This document shows, one piece after another, positions 9,901 through 24,300 of a stretch of 64,000 bases of DNA. The position numbers were made by a program, and so were the translations under genes. The stretch's first letter is position 1. Each line of letters begins with the position of its first letter. A model generated the notes under the pieces. The model did no database searches, was not told the origin of the DNA, and saw nothing but the letters and a program-made list of their open reading frames with translations. Source of the stretch: Antedon mediterranea (taxonomy: Eukaryota; Animalia; Echinodermata); the NCBI RefSeq assembly GCF_964355755.1, contig NC_092679.1:9516201-9580200 (forward strand). The letters run 5' to 3'.

Positions 9901-12900
9901 AACAAGTTTTTTCGAAAATCACAAAATGGTCTAAAATGTCTCCAAATGCGATTTGAAGCTATTCTAAGCACTTTGGTGTTTTTATGGAAACAATTTTTTT
10001 CGAAAATCACAAAATGGTCTAAAACGTCTCCAAATGTGATTTGAAGCTATTCTGTACACTTTGATGTTTTTATGTTAGCAAGTTTTTTCGAAAATCACAA
10101 AATGGTCTAAAACGTCTACAAATGCGATTTGAAGCTAATCTGTACACTTTGATGTTTTTATGTTAACAAGTTTTTTCGAAAATCACAAAATGGTCTAAAA
10201 CGTTTCCAAATGCGATTTGAAGCTATTCTGTACACTTTGATGTTTTGTTTGAAAATTTTCTGTCGAAATGCTCAAAATGGTCAAAAACGTTTTTAAATAC
10301 GATATTAAGCTACTTTGTGCTCTTTGATGTTTTTGTGTGAAATGTTTTATCGAAATGCTCAAAATGGTCTAAAATGGTTTCTAATGTGATTTCAAGCACT
10401 TTGATGTTTTTGTGTAACCAAGTTTTTCGAAAATCACAAAATTGTCTAAAACGTCTCCAAATGCGATTTGAAGCTATTCTGTACACTTTGATGTTTTTAT
10501 GTTAACAAGTTTTTCGAAAATCACAAAATGGTCTAAAACGTCTCCAAATGCGATTTTAAGCTATTCTAAGCACTTTGGTGTTTTTATGTTAAGAAGTTTT
10601 TTTCGAAAATCACAAAATGGTCTAAAACGTCTCCAAATGCGATTTGAAGCTATTTTAAGAACTTTGGTGTTTTTATCTTAACAAGTTTTTTCGAAAATCA
10701 CAAAATGGTCTAAAACGTCTCCAAATGCGATTTGAAGCTATTCTAAGCACTTTGGTGTTTTTATGTTAACAAGTTTTTTCAAAAATCACAAAACGGTCTA
10801 AAACGTCTCCAAATGCGATTTGAAGCTTTTCTGTACACTTTGATAATTTTATGTTAACAAGTTTTTTCAAAAATCACAAAATGGTCTAAAACGTTTCCAA
10901 ATGCGATTTGAAGCTATTCTGTACACTTTGATGTTTTGTGTGAAAATTTTCTGTCGAAATGCTCAAAATGGTCATAAACGTTTTTAAATACGATATTAAG
11001 CTACTTTGTGCTCTTTGATGTTTTTGTGTGAAAAGTTTTATCGAAATGCTCAAAATGGTCTAAAACGGTTTCTAATGTGATTTCAAGCACTTTGATGTTT
11101 TTGTGTAACCAAGTTTTTCGAAAATCACAAAATTGTCTAAAACGTCCCCAAATGCGATTTGAAGCTATTCTGTACACTTTGATGTTTTTATGTTAACAAG
11201 TTTTTTCGAAAATCACAAAAGAGTCTAAAATATCTCGAAATGCGATTTGAAGCTATTCTAAGCACTTTGGTGTTTTTATGTTAACAAGTTTTTTCGAAAT
11301 CACAAAATGGTCTAAAATGTCTTCAAATGCGATTTGAAGCTAATCTTAGCACATTGGTGTTTTTATGTTAACAAGTTTTTTTGAAAATCACAAAATGGTC
11401 TAAAACGACTCCAAATGCGATTTGAAGCTATTCTGTATACTTTTGTGTTTTTATGTTAACAAGTTTTTTCGAAAATCACAAAATGGTCTAAAACGTCTCC
11501 AAATGCGATTTGAAGCTATTTTAAGCACTTTGGTGTTTTTGTGTTAACAAGTTTTTCGAAAAGCTCAAAATGGTCTAAAACGTTTTTAAACACGATTTTA
11601 AGCTATTTTGTGCTCTTTGATGTTTTTTTGTGAAAAGTTTTAGCGAAATGCTCAAAATGGTCTAAAACGATTTCTAATGTGATTTTAAGCACTTTTATGT
11701 TTTTATGTTAACTAGTTTTTTCAAAAATCACAAAATGGTCTAAAACGTCTCCAAATGTGATTTGAAGCTATTCTAAGCACTTTGGTGTTTTTATGTTAAC
11801 AGTTTTTTCGAAAATCACAAAATGGTCTAAAACGTTTCCAAATGCGATTTGAAGCTATTCTGTACACTTTGATGTTTTTATGGTAACAAGTCTTTTAGAA
11901 AATCACAAAGTGGTCTAAAACACCTCCAAATGCGATTTAAAGCTATTTTAAGCCCTTTTGTGTTTTTGTGTAACCAAGTTTTTTCGAAAATCACAAAAGG
12001 GTCTAAAATGTCTCTAAATGCGATTTGAAGCTACTCTAAGCACTTTGGTGTTTTTATGCTAACAAGTTTTTTCGAAAATCAATAAATGGTCTAAAATGTC
12101 TCCAAATGCGATTTGAAGCTATTCTGTACACTTTGCTGTTTTGTGTGAAAAATGTTTGTCGAAATCCTCAAAATGGTCAAAAACGTTTTTAAATACGATA
12201 TTAAGCTATTTTGTGCTCTTTGATGTTTTTGTGTGAAAAGTTTTATCGAAATACTCAAAATGGTCTAAAACGGTTTCTAATGTGATTTTAAGCACTTTGA
12301 TGTTTTTGTGTAACCAAGTTTTTTCGAAAATCACAAAATGGTCTAAAATGTCTCCAAATGCGATTTGAAGCGATTCTAAGCACTTTGGTGTTTTTATGGA
12401 AACAATTTTTTTCGAGAATCACAAAATGGTCTAAAACGTCTCCAATAGCAATTTGAAGCTTTTCTGTACACTTTGGTGTTTTTATGTTAACATGTTTTTT
12501 CGAAAATTACAAAATGGTCTAAAACGTCTCCAAATGCGATTTGAAGCTATTCTGTACACTTTGATGTTTTTATGTTAACAAGTTTTTTATAAAATCACAA
12601 AATGGTCTAAAACGTCTCCAAATGCGATTTGAAGCTATTCTGTACACTTTGATGTTTTTATGTTAACAAGTTTTTTCGAAAATCACAAAAGGGTCTAAAA
12701 TGTCTCTAAATGCGATTTGAAGCTATTCTAAGCACTTTGGTGTTTTTATGTTAACAAGTTTTTTCGAAAATCACAAAATGGTCTAAAACGTCTCCAAATG
12801 CGATTTGAAGCTATTCTAAGCACTTTGGTGTTTTTATGTTAACAAGTTTTTTCGAAAATCACAAAATGGTCTAAAACGTCTCCAAATGCGATTTGAAGCT

Positions 12901-14815
12901 ATTCTGTACACTTTGATGTTTTTATGTTAACAAGTTTTTTCGAAAATCACAAAATGGTCTAAAACGTCTACAAATGCGATTTGAAGCTATTCTGTACACT
13001 TTGATGTTTTTATGTTAACAAGTTTTTTCGAAAATCACAAAATGGTCTAAAACGTTTCCAAATGCGATTTGAAGCTATTCTGTACACTTTGATGTTTTGT
13101 GTGAAAATTTTCTTTCGAAATGCTCAAAATGGTCAAAAACGTTTTTAAATACGATATTAAGCTACTTTGTGCTCTTTGATGTTTTTGTGTGAAATGTTTT
13201 ATCGAAATGCTCAAAATGGTCTAAAACGGTTTCTAATGTGATTTCAAGCACTTTGATGTTTTTGTGTAACCAAGTTTTTCGAAAATCACAAAATTGTCTA
13301 AAACGTCTCCAAATGCGATTTGAAGCTATTCTGTACACTTTGATGTTTTTATGTTAACAAGTTTTTCGAAAATCACAAAATGGTCTAAAATGACTCCAAA
13401 TGCGATTTGAAGCTATTCTAAGCACTTTGATGTTTTTATGTTAACAAGTTTTTTCGAAAATCACAAAATGGTCTAAAACGTCTCCAATAGCGATTTTAAG
13501 CTATTCTGTACACTTTGATGTTTTTATGTTAACAAGTTTTTCGAAAATCACAAAATGGTCTAAAACGTCTCCAAATGCGATTTTAAGCTATTCTAAGAAC
13601 TTTGGTGTTTTTATGTTAACAAGTTTTTTTGAAAATCACAAAATGGTCTAAAACGTCTCTAAATGCGATTTGAAGCTTTTCTGTACACTTTGATGTTTTT
13701 ATGTTAACAACTTTTTTCGAAAATCACAAAATTGTCTAAAATGTCTCCAAATGCGATTTGAAGCTATTCTAAGCACTTTGGTGTTTTTATGGAAACAATT
13801 TTTTTCGAAAATCACAAAATGGTCTAAAACATCTCCAATAGCGATTTGAAGCTTTTCTTTACACTTTGGTATTTTTATGTTAACAAGTTTTTTCGAAAAT
13901 CACAAAATGGTCTAAAACGTCTCCAAATGCGATTTGAAGCTATTCTGTACACTTTGATGTTTTTATGTTAACAAGTTTTTTCGAAAATCACAAAATGGTC
14001 TAAAACGTCTACAAATGCAATTTGAAGCTATTCTAAGCACTTTTGTGTTTTTATGTTAACAAGTTTTTTCGAAAATCACAAAATGGTCTAAAACGTCTGC
14101 AAATGCGATTTGAAACTATTCTTAGCACATTGGTGTTTTTATTTAAACAAATTTTTTCGAAACTCACAAAATGGTCTAAAACGTCTCCAAATGCGATTTG
14201 AAGCTATTTTAAGCACTTTGGTGTTTTTGTGTTAACAAGTTTTTCCAAATGCTCAAAATGGTCTAAAACGTTTTTAAACACGATATTAAGCTATTTTGTG
14301 CTCTTTGATGTTTTTTTGTGAAAAGTTTTAGCAAAATGCTCAAAATGGTCTAAAACGATTTCTAATGTGATTTTAAGCACTTTGATGTTTTTATGTTAAC
14401 TAGTTTTTTCGAAAATCACAAAATGGTCTAAAACGTCTCCAAATGCGATTTGAAGCTATTTTAAGCACTTAGGTGCTTTTGTGTAACCAAGTTTTTTTGA
14501 AAATCACAAAAGGGTCTAAAATGTCTCCAAATGTGATTTGAAGCTATTTTAAGCACTTTGGTGTTTTTGTGTTAACAAGTTTTTCGAAAATCACAAAATT
14601 GTCTAAAACGTCTCCAAATGCGATTTGAAGCTATTCTGTACACTTTGATGTTTTTATGTTAACAAGTTTTTTAGAAAATCACAAAATGGTCTAAAACATC
14701 TCCAAATGCGATTTAAAGCTATTTTAAGCACTTTGGTGTTTTTATGTTAACAAGTTTTTTCGAAAATCACAAAATGGTCTAAAACGTCTCCAAATGCGAT
14801 TTGAAGCTATTTTAA
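6963..14815 (+). repeat. 88-bp tandem satellite array, segment 2
   Basis: The monomer resumes in register after the element and continues to the second insertion at TTAA 14812-14815. Confidence 0.99.
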
Positions 14816-17800
14816 AATGGATATGAAAGGATTTTAAAATTTCACAAAAAGGACTTTGTATAAATCCTTTTAATGTTAATAAACAGCACACAAAAAATTA
14901 GATTCAAATACCTAGTAGAAATTGAGAAATAAACAAATTAAATTTTGGTTTAAAACGTCCGCAAAATGGCCGACCAACTGGCACGCCATCTTAATTTTTA
15001 TGAACGTTCTATACGCACGTACGAGATCGTCAAATTTAGAGTTTGAAACACCCGGGGTTGTAGCCACGGCAGCAGTCGTTTTGTGATTGGTTAATGAATT
15101 TTAATACAGTCCAATCACCGCCTTGTCTCGTTCGCGGACTGTGTGGCGTAAACAAAATAAACAAACCCATGCTACACGAGACTCGCGTGTTGCAAGCTCC
15201 CTGTTGCTGCAGTCGTAGAAAATATCGATATTTCACAAATCAATAAAAAGTTATGTCTGCAAAGATTGTACGTGAAAAAAAGAAAGTGTGTATTTGTACT
15301 TCTCACACTAAACCACTCACGCAGACTACAAATTAGGCTAGGTCTAGTAGACTATAGTTTCTTCTAAATTCGCTAGTAGTAGGCTAGGCCTACACATGGA
15401 GTTACTCAATGGCCTACAGTACAAGAGAGTAGCAGTCGCCGGTCCACCGACGAACCTCCAGGAAGTGGACAAGGCGCGGGCGTAGACGTATGTAAAAGGC
15501 GACGTAAATAAAAAAGGTAAGCTTGTGTTGAACTTGTTTTTGGCTCTGACTTTTGTTATTGACTAATATAGTAATATAATAATACTAATAATTAAAGTAG
15601 AGCAGAGGAGGTGAGGCCGAGAGGATTATTATAGTTTAGTTAGTAACTGTAGTGTAATTAAATAATAACCTCTTTCTGTTTGTTACCAAGTCATAAAATA
15701 TAATACTATAGGGCCTAGAGGTAGGATTGAATAAAAATAATAGTACATTTTCATCCATTTATTGGTCTTATCTTTGCAGATTTATGGAATCAACAGTACA
15801 TGAGATGGCTTTGAAGAACTGTAATAGTACTAGTAATAAAATTGTAAACATCAAATTATATGGCAGAAATAGTGTGTGGAATGAATTTTATTGAACAAAT
15901 GTATCATAATGAGTTTGGAACAAGCAGGATTTTTCAAACAGGACATAAATTACTTTTGAGACCTGAGTGATACATTTTAATTCTATCAACACCAGCCAGC
16001 TCCATCATATTCAAGAGATGGATTCTTTCATAAATGTCCATTGTACATAGTATTTGGCTAAATAAATAAAAAAAGAAGTACAGTAGTGGTTTATTTGTTT
16101 ATATACCCAGACCCATTTAATGGTTAAAAACAAACACTATATGATGCACTGCTACTAGTGTACTGTCTGGTAGTACATTACCATAGTTACAGTATGACTG
16201 TAACCCTAGCACTCGCGTCTAAAGAATTCTATTATGCATATTTTACTATTCTTCATAAATATTTAGTTCTGTAATTTTAATTGTCTGCGCTCATTCTATA
16301 CTTGGTGTCTTAGTATACTGCATAAATGTATCGTGCAAGCATGATCCAAGTAGCATCTATTATAAAGTACTCTGGGTATCTTTCTATTCACCTGAAAAAA
16401 GGAAAATGAATAAGCACATGTTTATCTGCCCTCAAAACAAAATAATAATTTAGTATAATGTATTATGTAGGTTTGATCAACAGTTTAAAATAGCAATGCT
16501 CAGTATCTGTTACCTTAATATTATAATTTTACTCTAACATTTGCGCTTCCATTCCAATCAATAAATACATTTGCTTATCCCGTCCATCAATTATCATAAT
16601 TGCACTCCAATTATAGACCTGTAGGTAGGTAAAAATACAAATGAATTGTTTATTTACTGTATACTGTACTGTATATTGTACTGTATATGATACAAGCTGA
16701 AATACCCCTAACTAGGCCTGGCCTGTTATAACCTTTATTACTACATTAGAGAAAATCCAACTCTATTCATTTTATTGGGAATCATAATACAGTATTTAGT
16801 ATTCAGTGTTGCCTAGCCTACTACTGTAGCTAGTAGGGCGGCATGTAATAACAAAAAAATATTTTAATAATACGTTAGTCAGGACACTACAGCACACAAC
16901 AATATTAATAAACGTACTTATAAATAATGTGTATATACATAATACAGTAACACAATTGTGCCTACCATTAACACCCTCAACGATACATCAAGGAGCATAC
17001 GCTCTCAGCTCACCTCTGGCCGGGCGACTAAACACCGTATCCAGCAGTCATCACTACTAAAAAGGCCTAGGCCTAGCTAGCTCCAGGCCATGGCATTGTC
17101 AAACACCATTTACTCGTCCAACCGTTTCTTCAAAACGATGTTAACACCCGTGTTAACAAGACGATGTGGACGAATTTCCATCAATTTCAGTTAATTACAA
17201 CGAAATAATAATAAAATGAATGTTTCAATAATACGTGTATAATAAATAGCGAAATAAACATCGCTCGCGAGGAGGGTCGAGAGAGAGGCCAAGGTGGTCG
17301 ACTCTGTGATTCTCACGCATGCGCAAAATAACTCCGTGTACCCAGCAAGATAGGCATTTGGCTATGAATTTCGTAAAAGATGGCCTTGAAAAACGAAATT
17401 AAAATCCGTTTAAAAAAAAACTTGGTTGATAATATGAATTAATTTTATTCGATTAGGCTAACATACTTATCCAAGAATAAAAATATCAAAGCAATAAGTA
17501 ATTACTACCATGCTTTTGCATCAATCAATGATTTACTGCTAAATTCCTATCTCTGTAATACAAAAATAACTTTTAGTGACGTCACAAAAAGTTTTTCACA
17601 GGTTTCTCAGGGGCGTTTTGAGGGCGTTGTCGTCCTCCAAAACATTAAGTATGACTATGGCAAGCTTAAAACTGATTGATCTACACGTTGAGCCAATAAA
17701 ATGATATTGCTAGGAACCCTTTCATATCCATTTTAAGCACTTTGGTGTTTTTGTGTTAACAAGTTTTTCGAAATTCTCAAAATGGTCTAAAACGTTTCCA

Positions 17801-20800
17801 AATGCGATTTGAAGCTATTCTGTACACTTTGATGTTTTGTGTGAAAATTTTCTGTCGAAATGCTCAAAATGGTCAAAAACGTTTTTAAATACGATATTAA
17901 GCTACTTTGTGCTCTTTGATGTTTTTGTGTGAAATGTTTTATCGAAATGCTCAAAATGGTCTAAAACGGTTTCTAATGTGATTTCAAGCACTTTGATGTT
18001 TTTGTGTAACCAAGTTTTTCGAAAATCACAAAATTGTCTAAAACGTCTCCAAATGCGATTTGAAGCTATTCTGTACTCTTTGATGTTTTTATGTTAACAA
18101 GTTTTTTTGAAAATCACAAAATGGTCTAAAACGTCTCTAAATGAGATTTGAAGCTTTTCTGTACACTTTGATGTTTTTATGTTAACAAGTTTTTTCGAAA
18201 ATCACAAAATGGTCTAAAATGTCTCCAAATGCGATTTTAAGCTATTCTAAGCACTTTGGTGTTTTTATGGAAACAAATTTTTTCGAAAATCACAAAATGG
18301 TCTAAAACGTCTCCAAATGTGATTTGAAGCTTTTCTGTACACTTTGATGTTTTTATGTTAGCAAGTTTTTTCGAAAATCACAAAATGGTCTAAAACGTCT
18401 ACAAATGCGATTTGAAGCTAATCTGTACACTTTGATGTTTTTATGTTAACAAGTTTTTTCGAAAATCACAAAATGGTCTAAAACGTTTCCAAATGCGATT
18501 TGAAGCTATTCTGTACACTTTGATGTTTTGTGTGAAAATTTTCTGTCGAAATGCTCAAAATGGTCAAAAACGTTTTTAAATACGATATTAAGCTACTTTG
18601 TGCTCTTTGATGTTTTTGTGTGAAATGTTTTATCGAAATGCTCAAAATGGTCTAAAACGGTTTCTAATGTGATTTCAAGCACTTTGATGTTTTTGTGTAA
18701 CCAAGTTTTTCGAAAATCACAAAATTGTCTAAAACGTCTCCAAATGCGATTTGAAGCTATTCTGTACACTTTGATGTTTTTATGTTAACAAGTTTTTCGA
18801 AAATCACAAAATGGTCTAAAACGTCTCCAAATGCGATTTGAAGCAATTCTGTACACTTTGATAAAGTTTTTCGAAAATCACAAAATGGTCTAAAACGTCT
18901 CTAAATGCGATTTGAAGCTTTTCTGTACACTTTGATGTTTTTATGTTAACAACTTTTTTCGAAAATCACAAAATGGTCTAAAATGTCTCCAAATGCGATT
19001 TGAAGCTATTCTAAGCACTTTGATGTTTTTATGTTAACAAGTTTTTTCGAAAATCACAAAATGGTCTAAAACGTCTCCAATAGCGATTTTAAGCTATTCT
19101 GTACACTTTGGTGTTTTTATGTTAACAAGTTTTTTCGAAAATCACAAAATGGTCTAAAACGTCTCCAAATGCGATTTGAAGCTATTCTGTACACTTTGAT
19201 GTTTTTATGTTAACAAGTTTTTTCGAAAATCACAAAATGGTCTAAAACGTCTACAAATGCAATTTGTAGCTATTCTAAGCACTTTTGTGTTTTTATGTTA
19301 ACAAGTTTTTTCGAAAATCACAAAATGGTCTAAAACGTCTGCAAATGCGATTTGAAACTATTCTTAGCCCATTGGTGTTTTTATTTAAACAAATTTTTTC
19401 GAAACTCACAAAATGGTCTAAAACGTCTCCAAATGCGATTTGAAGCTATTTTAAGCACTTTGGTGTTTTTGTGTTAACAAGTTTTTCGAAATGCTCAAAA
19501 TGGTCTAGGCCTAAAACGTTTTTAAACACGATATTAAGCTATTTTGTGCTCTTTGATGTTTTTTTGTGAAAAGTTTTAGCAAAATGCTCAAAATGGTCTA
19601 AAACGATTTCTAATGTGATTTTAAGCACTTTGATGTTTTTATGTTAACTAGTTTTTTCGAAAATCACAAAATGGTCTAAAACGTCTCCAAATGCCATTTG
19701 AAGCTTTTTAAGCACTTAGGTGCTTTTGTGTAACCAAGTTTTTTAGAAAATCACAAAATGGTCTAAAACATCTCCAAATGCGATTTAAAGCTATTTTAAG
19801 CACTTTGGTGTTTTTATGTTAACAAGTTTTTTCGAAAATCACAAAATGGTCTAAAACGTCTCCAAATGCGATTTGAAGCTATTTTAAGCAATTTGGTGTT
19901 TTTGTGTTAACAAGTTTTTCGAAATGCTCAAAATGGTCTAAAACGTTTCCAAATGCGATTTGAAGCTATTCTGTACACTTTGATGTTTTGTGTGAAAATT
20001 TTCTGTCGAAATGCTCAAAATGGTCAAAAACGTTTTTAAATACGATATTAAGCTACTTTGTGCTCTTTGATGTTTTTGTGTGAAATGTTTTATCGAAATG
20101 CTCAAAATGGTCTAAAACGGTTTCTAATGTGATTTCAAGCACTTTGATGTTTTTGTGTAACCAAGTTTTTCGAAAATCACAAAATTGTCTAAAACGTCTC
20201 CAAATGCGATTTGAAGCTATTCTGTACTCTTTGATGTTTTTATGTTAACAAGTTTTTCGAAAATCACAAAATGGTCTAAAACGTCTCCAAATGCGATTTT
20301 AAGCTATTCTAAGCACTTTGGTGTTTTTATGTTAACAAGTTTTTTTGAAAATCACAAAATGGTCTAAAACGTCTCTAAATGAGATTTGAAGCTTTTCTGT
20401 ACACTTTGATGTTTTTATGTTAACAAGTTTTTTCGAAAATCACAAAATGGTCTAAAATGTCTCCAAATGCGATTTGAAGCTATTCTAAGCACTTTGGTGT
20501 TTTTATGGAAACAATTTTTTTCGAAAATCACAAAATGGTCTAAAACGTCTCCAAATGTCATTTGAAGCTATTCTGTAAACTTTGATGTTTTTATGTTAGC
20601 AAGTTTTTTCGAAAATCACAAAATGGTCTAAAACGTCTACAAATGCGATTTGAAGCTAATCTGTACACTTTGATGTTTTTATGTTAACAAGTTTTTTCGA
20701 AAATCACAAAATGGTCTAAAACGTTTCCAAATGCGATTTGAAGCTATTCTGTACACTTTGATGTTTTGTGTGAAAATTTTCTGTCGAAATGCTCAAAATG

Positions 20801-21075
20801 GTCAAAAACGTTTTTAAATACGATATTAAGCTACTTTGTGCTCTTTGATGTTTTTGTGTGAAATGTTTTATCGAAATGCTCAAAATGGTCTAAAACGGTT
20901 TCTAATGTGATTTCAAGCACTTTGATGTTTTTGTGTAACCAAGTTTTTCGAAAATCACAAAATTGTCTAAAACGTCTCCAAATGCGATTTGAAGCTATTC
21001 TGTACACTTTGATGTTTTTATGTTAACAAGTTTTTCGAAAATCACAAAATGGTCTAAAACGTCTCCAAATGCGAT
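10771..21075 (+). repeat. Tandem duplication unit, copy B (right boundary approximate)
   Basis: Collinear with copy A. The offset is 10,770 at the start and across the element, and drops to ~10,520 after 18870 because copy A has ~250 bp extra at 8101-8350. Collinearity is lost near 21075. Confidence 0.9.
14816..17732. mobile_element. 2,917-bp non-autonomous TTAA DNA transposon, copy 2
   Basis: Same TIRs (14816-14830, 17718-17732), TTAA at 14812-14815 and 17733-17736, same orientation and flanks as copy 1. Five substitutions seen relative to copy 1. Confidence 0.92.
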
Positions 21076-21399
21076 TTGAAGCTATTCTAAGCACTTTGGT
21101 GTTTTTATGTTAACAAGTTTTTTCGAAAATCACAAAATGGTCTAAAACCTCTCCAAATGCGATTTGAAGCTATTTTAAGCACTTTGGTGCTTTTGTGTAA
21201 CCAAGTTTTTTCGAAAATCACGAAATGGTCTAAAACGTCTCCAAATGCGATTTGAAGCTATTCTAAGCACTTTGGTGTTTTTACGTTAACAAGTTTTTTC
21301 GAAATTCACAAAATGGTCTAAAACGTCTCCAAATGCGATTTGAAGCTATTCTGTACACTTTGATGTTTTTATGTTAACAAGTTTTTTCGAAAATCACAA

Positions 21400-24300
21400 A
21401 ATGGTCTAAAACGTTTCCAAATGCGATTTGAAGCTATTCTGTACACTTTGATGTTTTGTGTGAAAATTTTCTGTCGAAATGCTCAAAATGGTCAAAAACG
21501 TTTTTAAATACGATATTAAGCTACTTTGTGCTCTTTGATGTTTTTGTGTGAAATGCTTTATCGAAATGCTCAAAATGGTCTAAAACGGTTTCTAATGTGA
21601 TTTCAAGCACTTTGATGTTTTTGTGTAACCAAGTTTTTCGAAAATCACAAAATTGTCTAAAACGTCTCCAAATGCGATTTGAAGCTATTCTGTACACTTT
21701 GGTGTTTTTATGTTAACAAGTTTTTTCGAAAATCACAAAATGGTCTAAAACGTCTCCAAATGCGATTTAAAGCTATTTTAAGCACTTTTGTGTTTTTGTG
21801 TAACCAAGTTTTTTCGAAAATCACAAAAGGGTCTAAAATGTCTGTAAATGCGATTTGAAGCTATTTAAAGCACTTTGGTGTTTTTAGGTTAACAAGTTTT
21901 TTCGAAAATCACAAAATGGTCTAAAACGTCTACAAATGCGTTTTGAAGCTATTCTAAGCACTTTTGTGTTTTTATGTTAACAAGTTTTTTCGAAAATCAC
22001 AAAATGGTCTAAAACGTCTCCAAATGCGATTTGAAGCTATTTTAAGCACTTTGGTGTTTTTGTGTTAACAAGTTTTTCGAAAATCACAAAATGGTCTAAA
22101 ACGTTTCCAAATGCGATTTGAAGCTATTCTGTACACTTTGATGTTTTGTGTGAAAATTTTCTGTCGAAATGCTCAAAATGGTCAAAAACGTTTTTAAATA
22201 CGATATTAAGCTACTTTGTGCTCTTTGATGTTTTTGTGTGAAATGTTTTATCGAAATGCTCAAAATGGTCTAAAACGGTTTCTAATGTGATTTCAAGCAC
22301 TTTGATGTTTTTGTGTAACCAAGTTTTTCGAAAATCACAAAATTGTCTAAAACGTCTCCAAATGCGATTTGAAGCTATTCTGTACACTTTGATGTTTTTA
22401 TGTTAACAAGTTTTTTTGAAAATCACAAAATGGTCTAAAACGTCTCTAAATGCGATTTGAAGCTTTTCTGTACACTTTGATGTTTTTATGTTAACAACTT
22501 TTTTCGAAAATCACAAAATGGTCTAAAATGTCTCCAAATGCGATTTGAAGCTATTCTAAGCACTTTGGTGTTTTTATGGAAACATTTTTTTTCGAAATTC
22601 ACAAAATGGTCTAAAACGTCTCCAAATGCGATTTGAAGCTATTCTGTACACTTTGATGTTTTTATGTTAACAAGTTTTTTCGAAAATCACAAAATGGTCT
22701 AAAACGTTTCCAAATGCGATTTGAAGCTATTCTGTACACTTTGATGTTTTGTGTGAAAATTTTCTGTCGAAATGCTCAAAATGGTCAAAAACGTTTTTAA
22801 ATACGATATTAAGCTACTTTGTGCTCTTTGATGTTTTTGTGTGAAATGTTTTATCGAAATGCTCAAAATGGTCTAAAACGGTTTCTAATGTGATTTCAAG
22901 CACTTTGATGTTTTTGTGTAACCAAGTTTTTCGAAAATCACAAAATTGTCTAAAACGTCTCCAAATGCGATTTGAAGCTATTCTGTACACTTTGGTGTTT
23001 TTATGTTAACAAGTTTTTTCGAAAATCACAAAATGGTCTAAAACGTCTCCAAATGCGATTTAAAGCTATTTTAAGCACTTTTGTGTTTTTGTGTAACCAA
23101 GTTTTTTCGAAAATCACAAAAGGGTCTAAAATGTATGTAAATGCGATTTGAAGCTATTTAAAGCACTTTGGTGTTTTTAGGTTAACAAGTTTTTTCGAAA
23201 ATCACAAAATGGTCTAAAACGTCTACAAATGCGATTTGAAGCTATTCTAAGCACTTTTGTGTTTTTATGTTAACAAGTTTTTTCGAAAATCACAAAATGG
23301 TCTAAAACGTCTCTAAATGCGATTTGAAGCTTTTCTGTACACTTTGATGTTTTTATGTTAACAACTTTTTTCGAAAATCACAAAATGGTCTAAAATGTCT
23401 CGAAATGCGATTTGAAGCTATTCTAAGCACTTTGGTGTTTTTATGGAAACAATTTTTTTCGAAAATCACAAAATGGTCTAAAACGTCTCCAATAGCGATT
23501 TGAAGCTTTTCTGTACACTTTGGTGTTTTTATGTTAACAAGTTTTTTCGAAAATCACAAAATGGTCTAAAACGTCTCCAAATGCGATTTGAAGCTATTCT
23601 GTACACTTTGATGTTTTTATGTTAACAAGTTTTTTCGAAAATCACAAAATGGTCTAAAACGTCTACAAATGCGATTTGAAGCTATTCTAAGCACTTTTGT
23701 GTTTTTATGTTAACAAGTTTTTTCGAAAATAACAAAATGGTCTAAAATGTCTGCAAATGCGATTTGAAGCTATTCTTAGCACATTGGTGTTTTTATTTAA
23801 ACAAATTTTTTCGAAACTCACAAAATGGTCTAAAACGTCTCCAAATGCGATTTGAAGCTATTTTAAGCACTTTGGTGTTTTTGTGTTAACAAGTTTTTCG
23901 AAAAGCTCAAAATGGTCTAAAACGTTTTTAAACACGATATTAAGCTATTTTGTGCTCTTTGATGTTTTTTTGTGAAAAGTTTTAGTGAAATGCTCAAAAT
24001 GGTCTAAAACGATTTCTAATGTGATTTTAAGCACTTTGATGTTTTTATGTTAACTAGTTTTTTCGAAAATCACAAAATGGTCTAAAACGTCTCCAAATGT
24101 GATTTGAAGCTATTCTAAGCACTTTGGTGTTTTTATGTTAACAGTTTTTTCGAAAATCACAAAATGGTCTAAAACGTTTCCAAATGCGATTTGAAGCTAT
24201 TCTGTACACTTTGATGTTTTTATGGTAACAAGTCTTTTAGAAAATCACAAAATGGTCTAAAACATCTCCAAATGCGATTTAAAGCTATTTTAAGCACTTT

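Larger units (their letters stand above)
1..10770 (+). repeat. 10,770-bp tandem duplication unit, copy A (satellite plus transposon)
   Basis: Rare variants at 1-90 (AAACGGTCTA, TGATAATTTT) reappear at 10771-10860. Both transposon ends are offset by exactly 10,770. Confidence 0.95.

Noticed and set aside
10499-10681. 60-aa ORF on the plus strand
   Set aside because: It is a translation of two satellite monomers that happen to lack stops, with no gene context.
15036-15236. 66-aa minus-strand ORF in element copy 2
   Set aside because: Copy 1 has an in-frame TAG at the equivalent codon (4392-4394), and the peptide has no recognisable motif.
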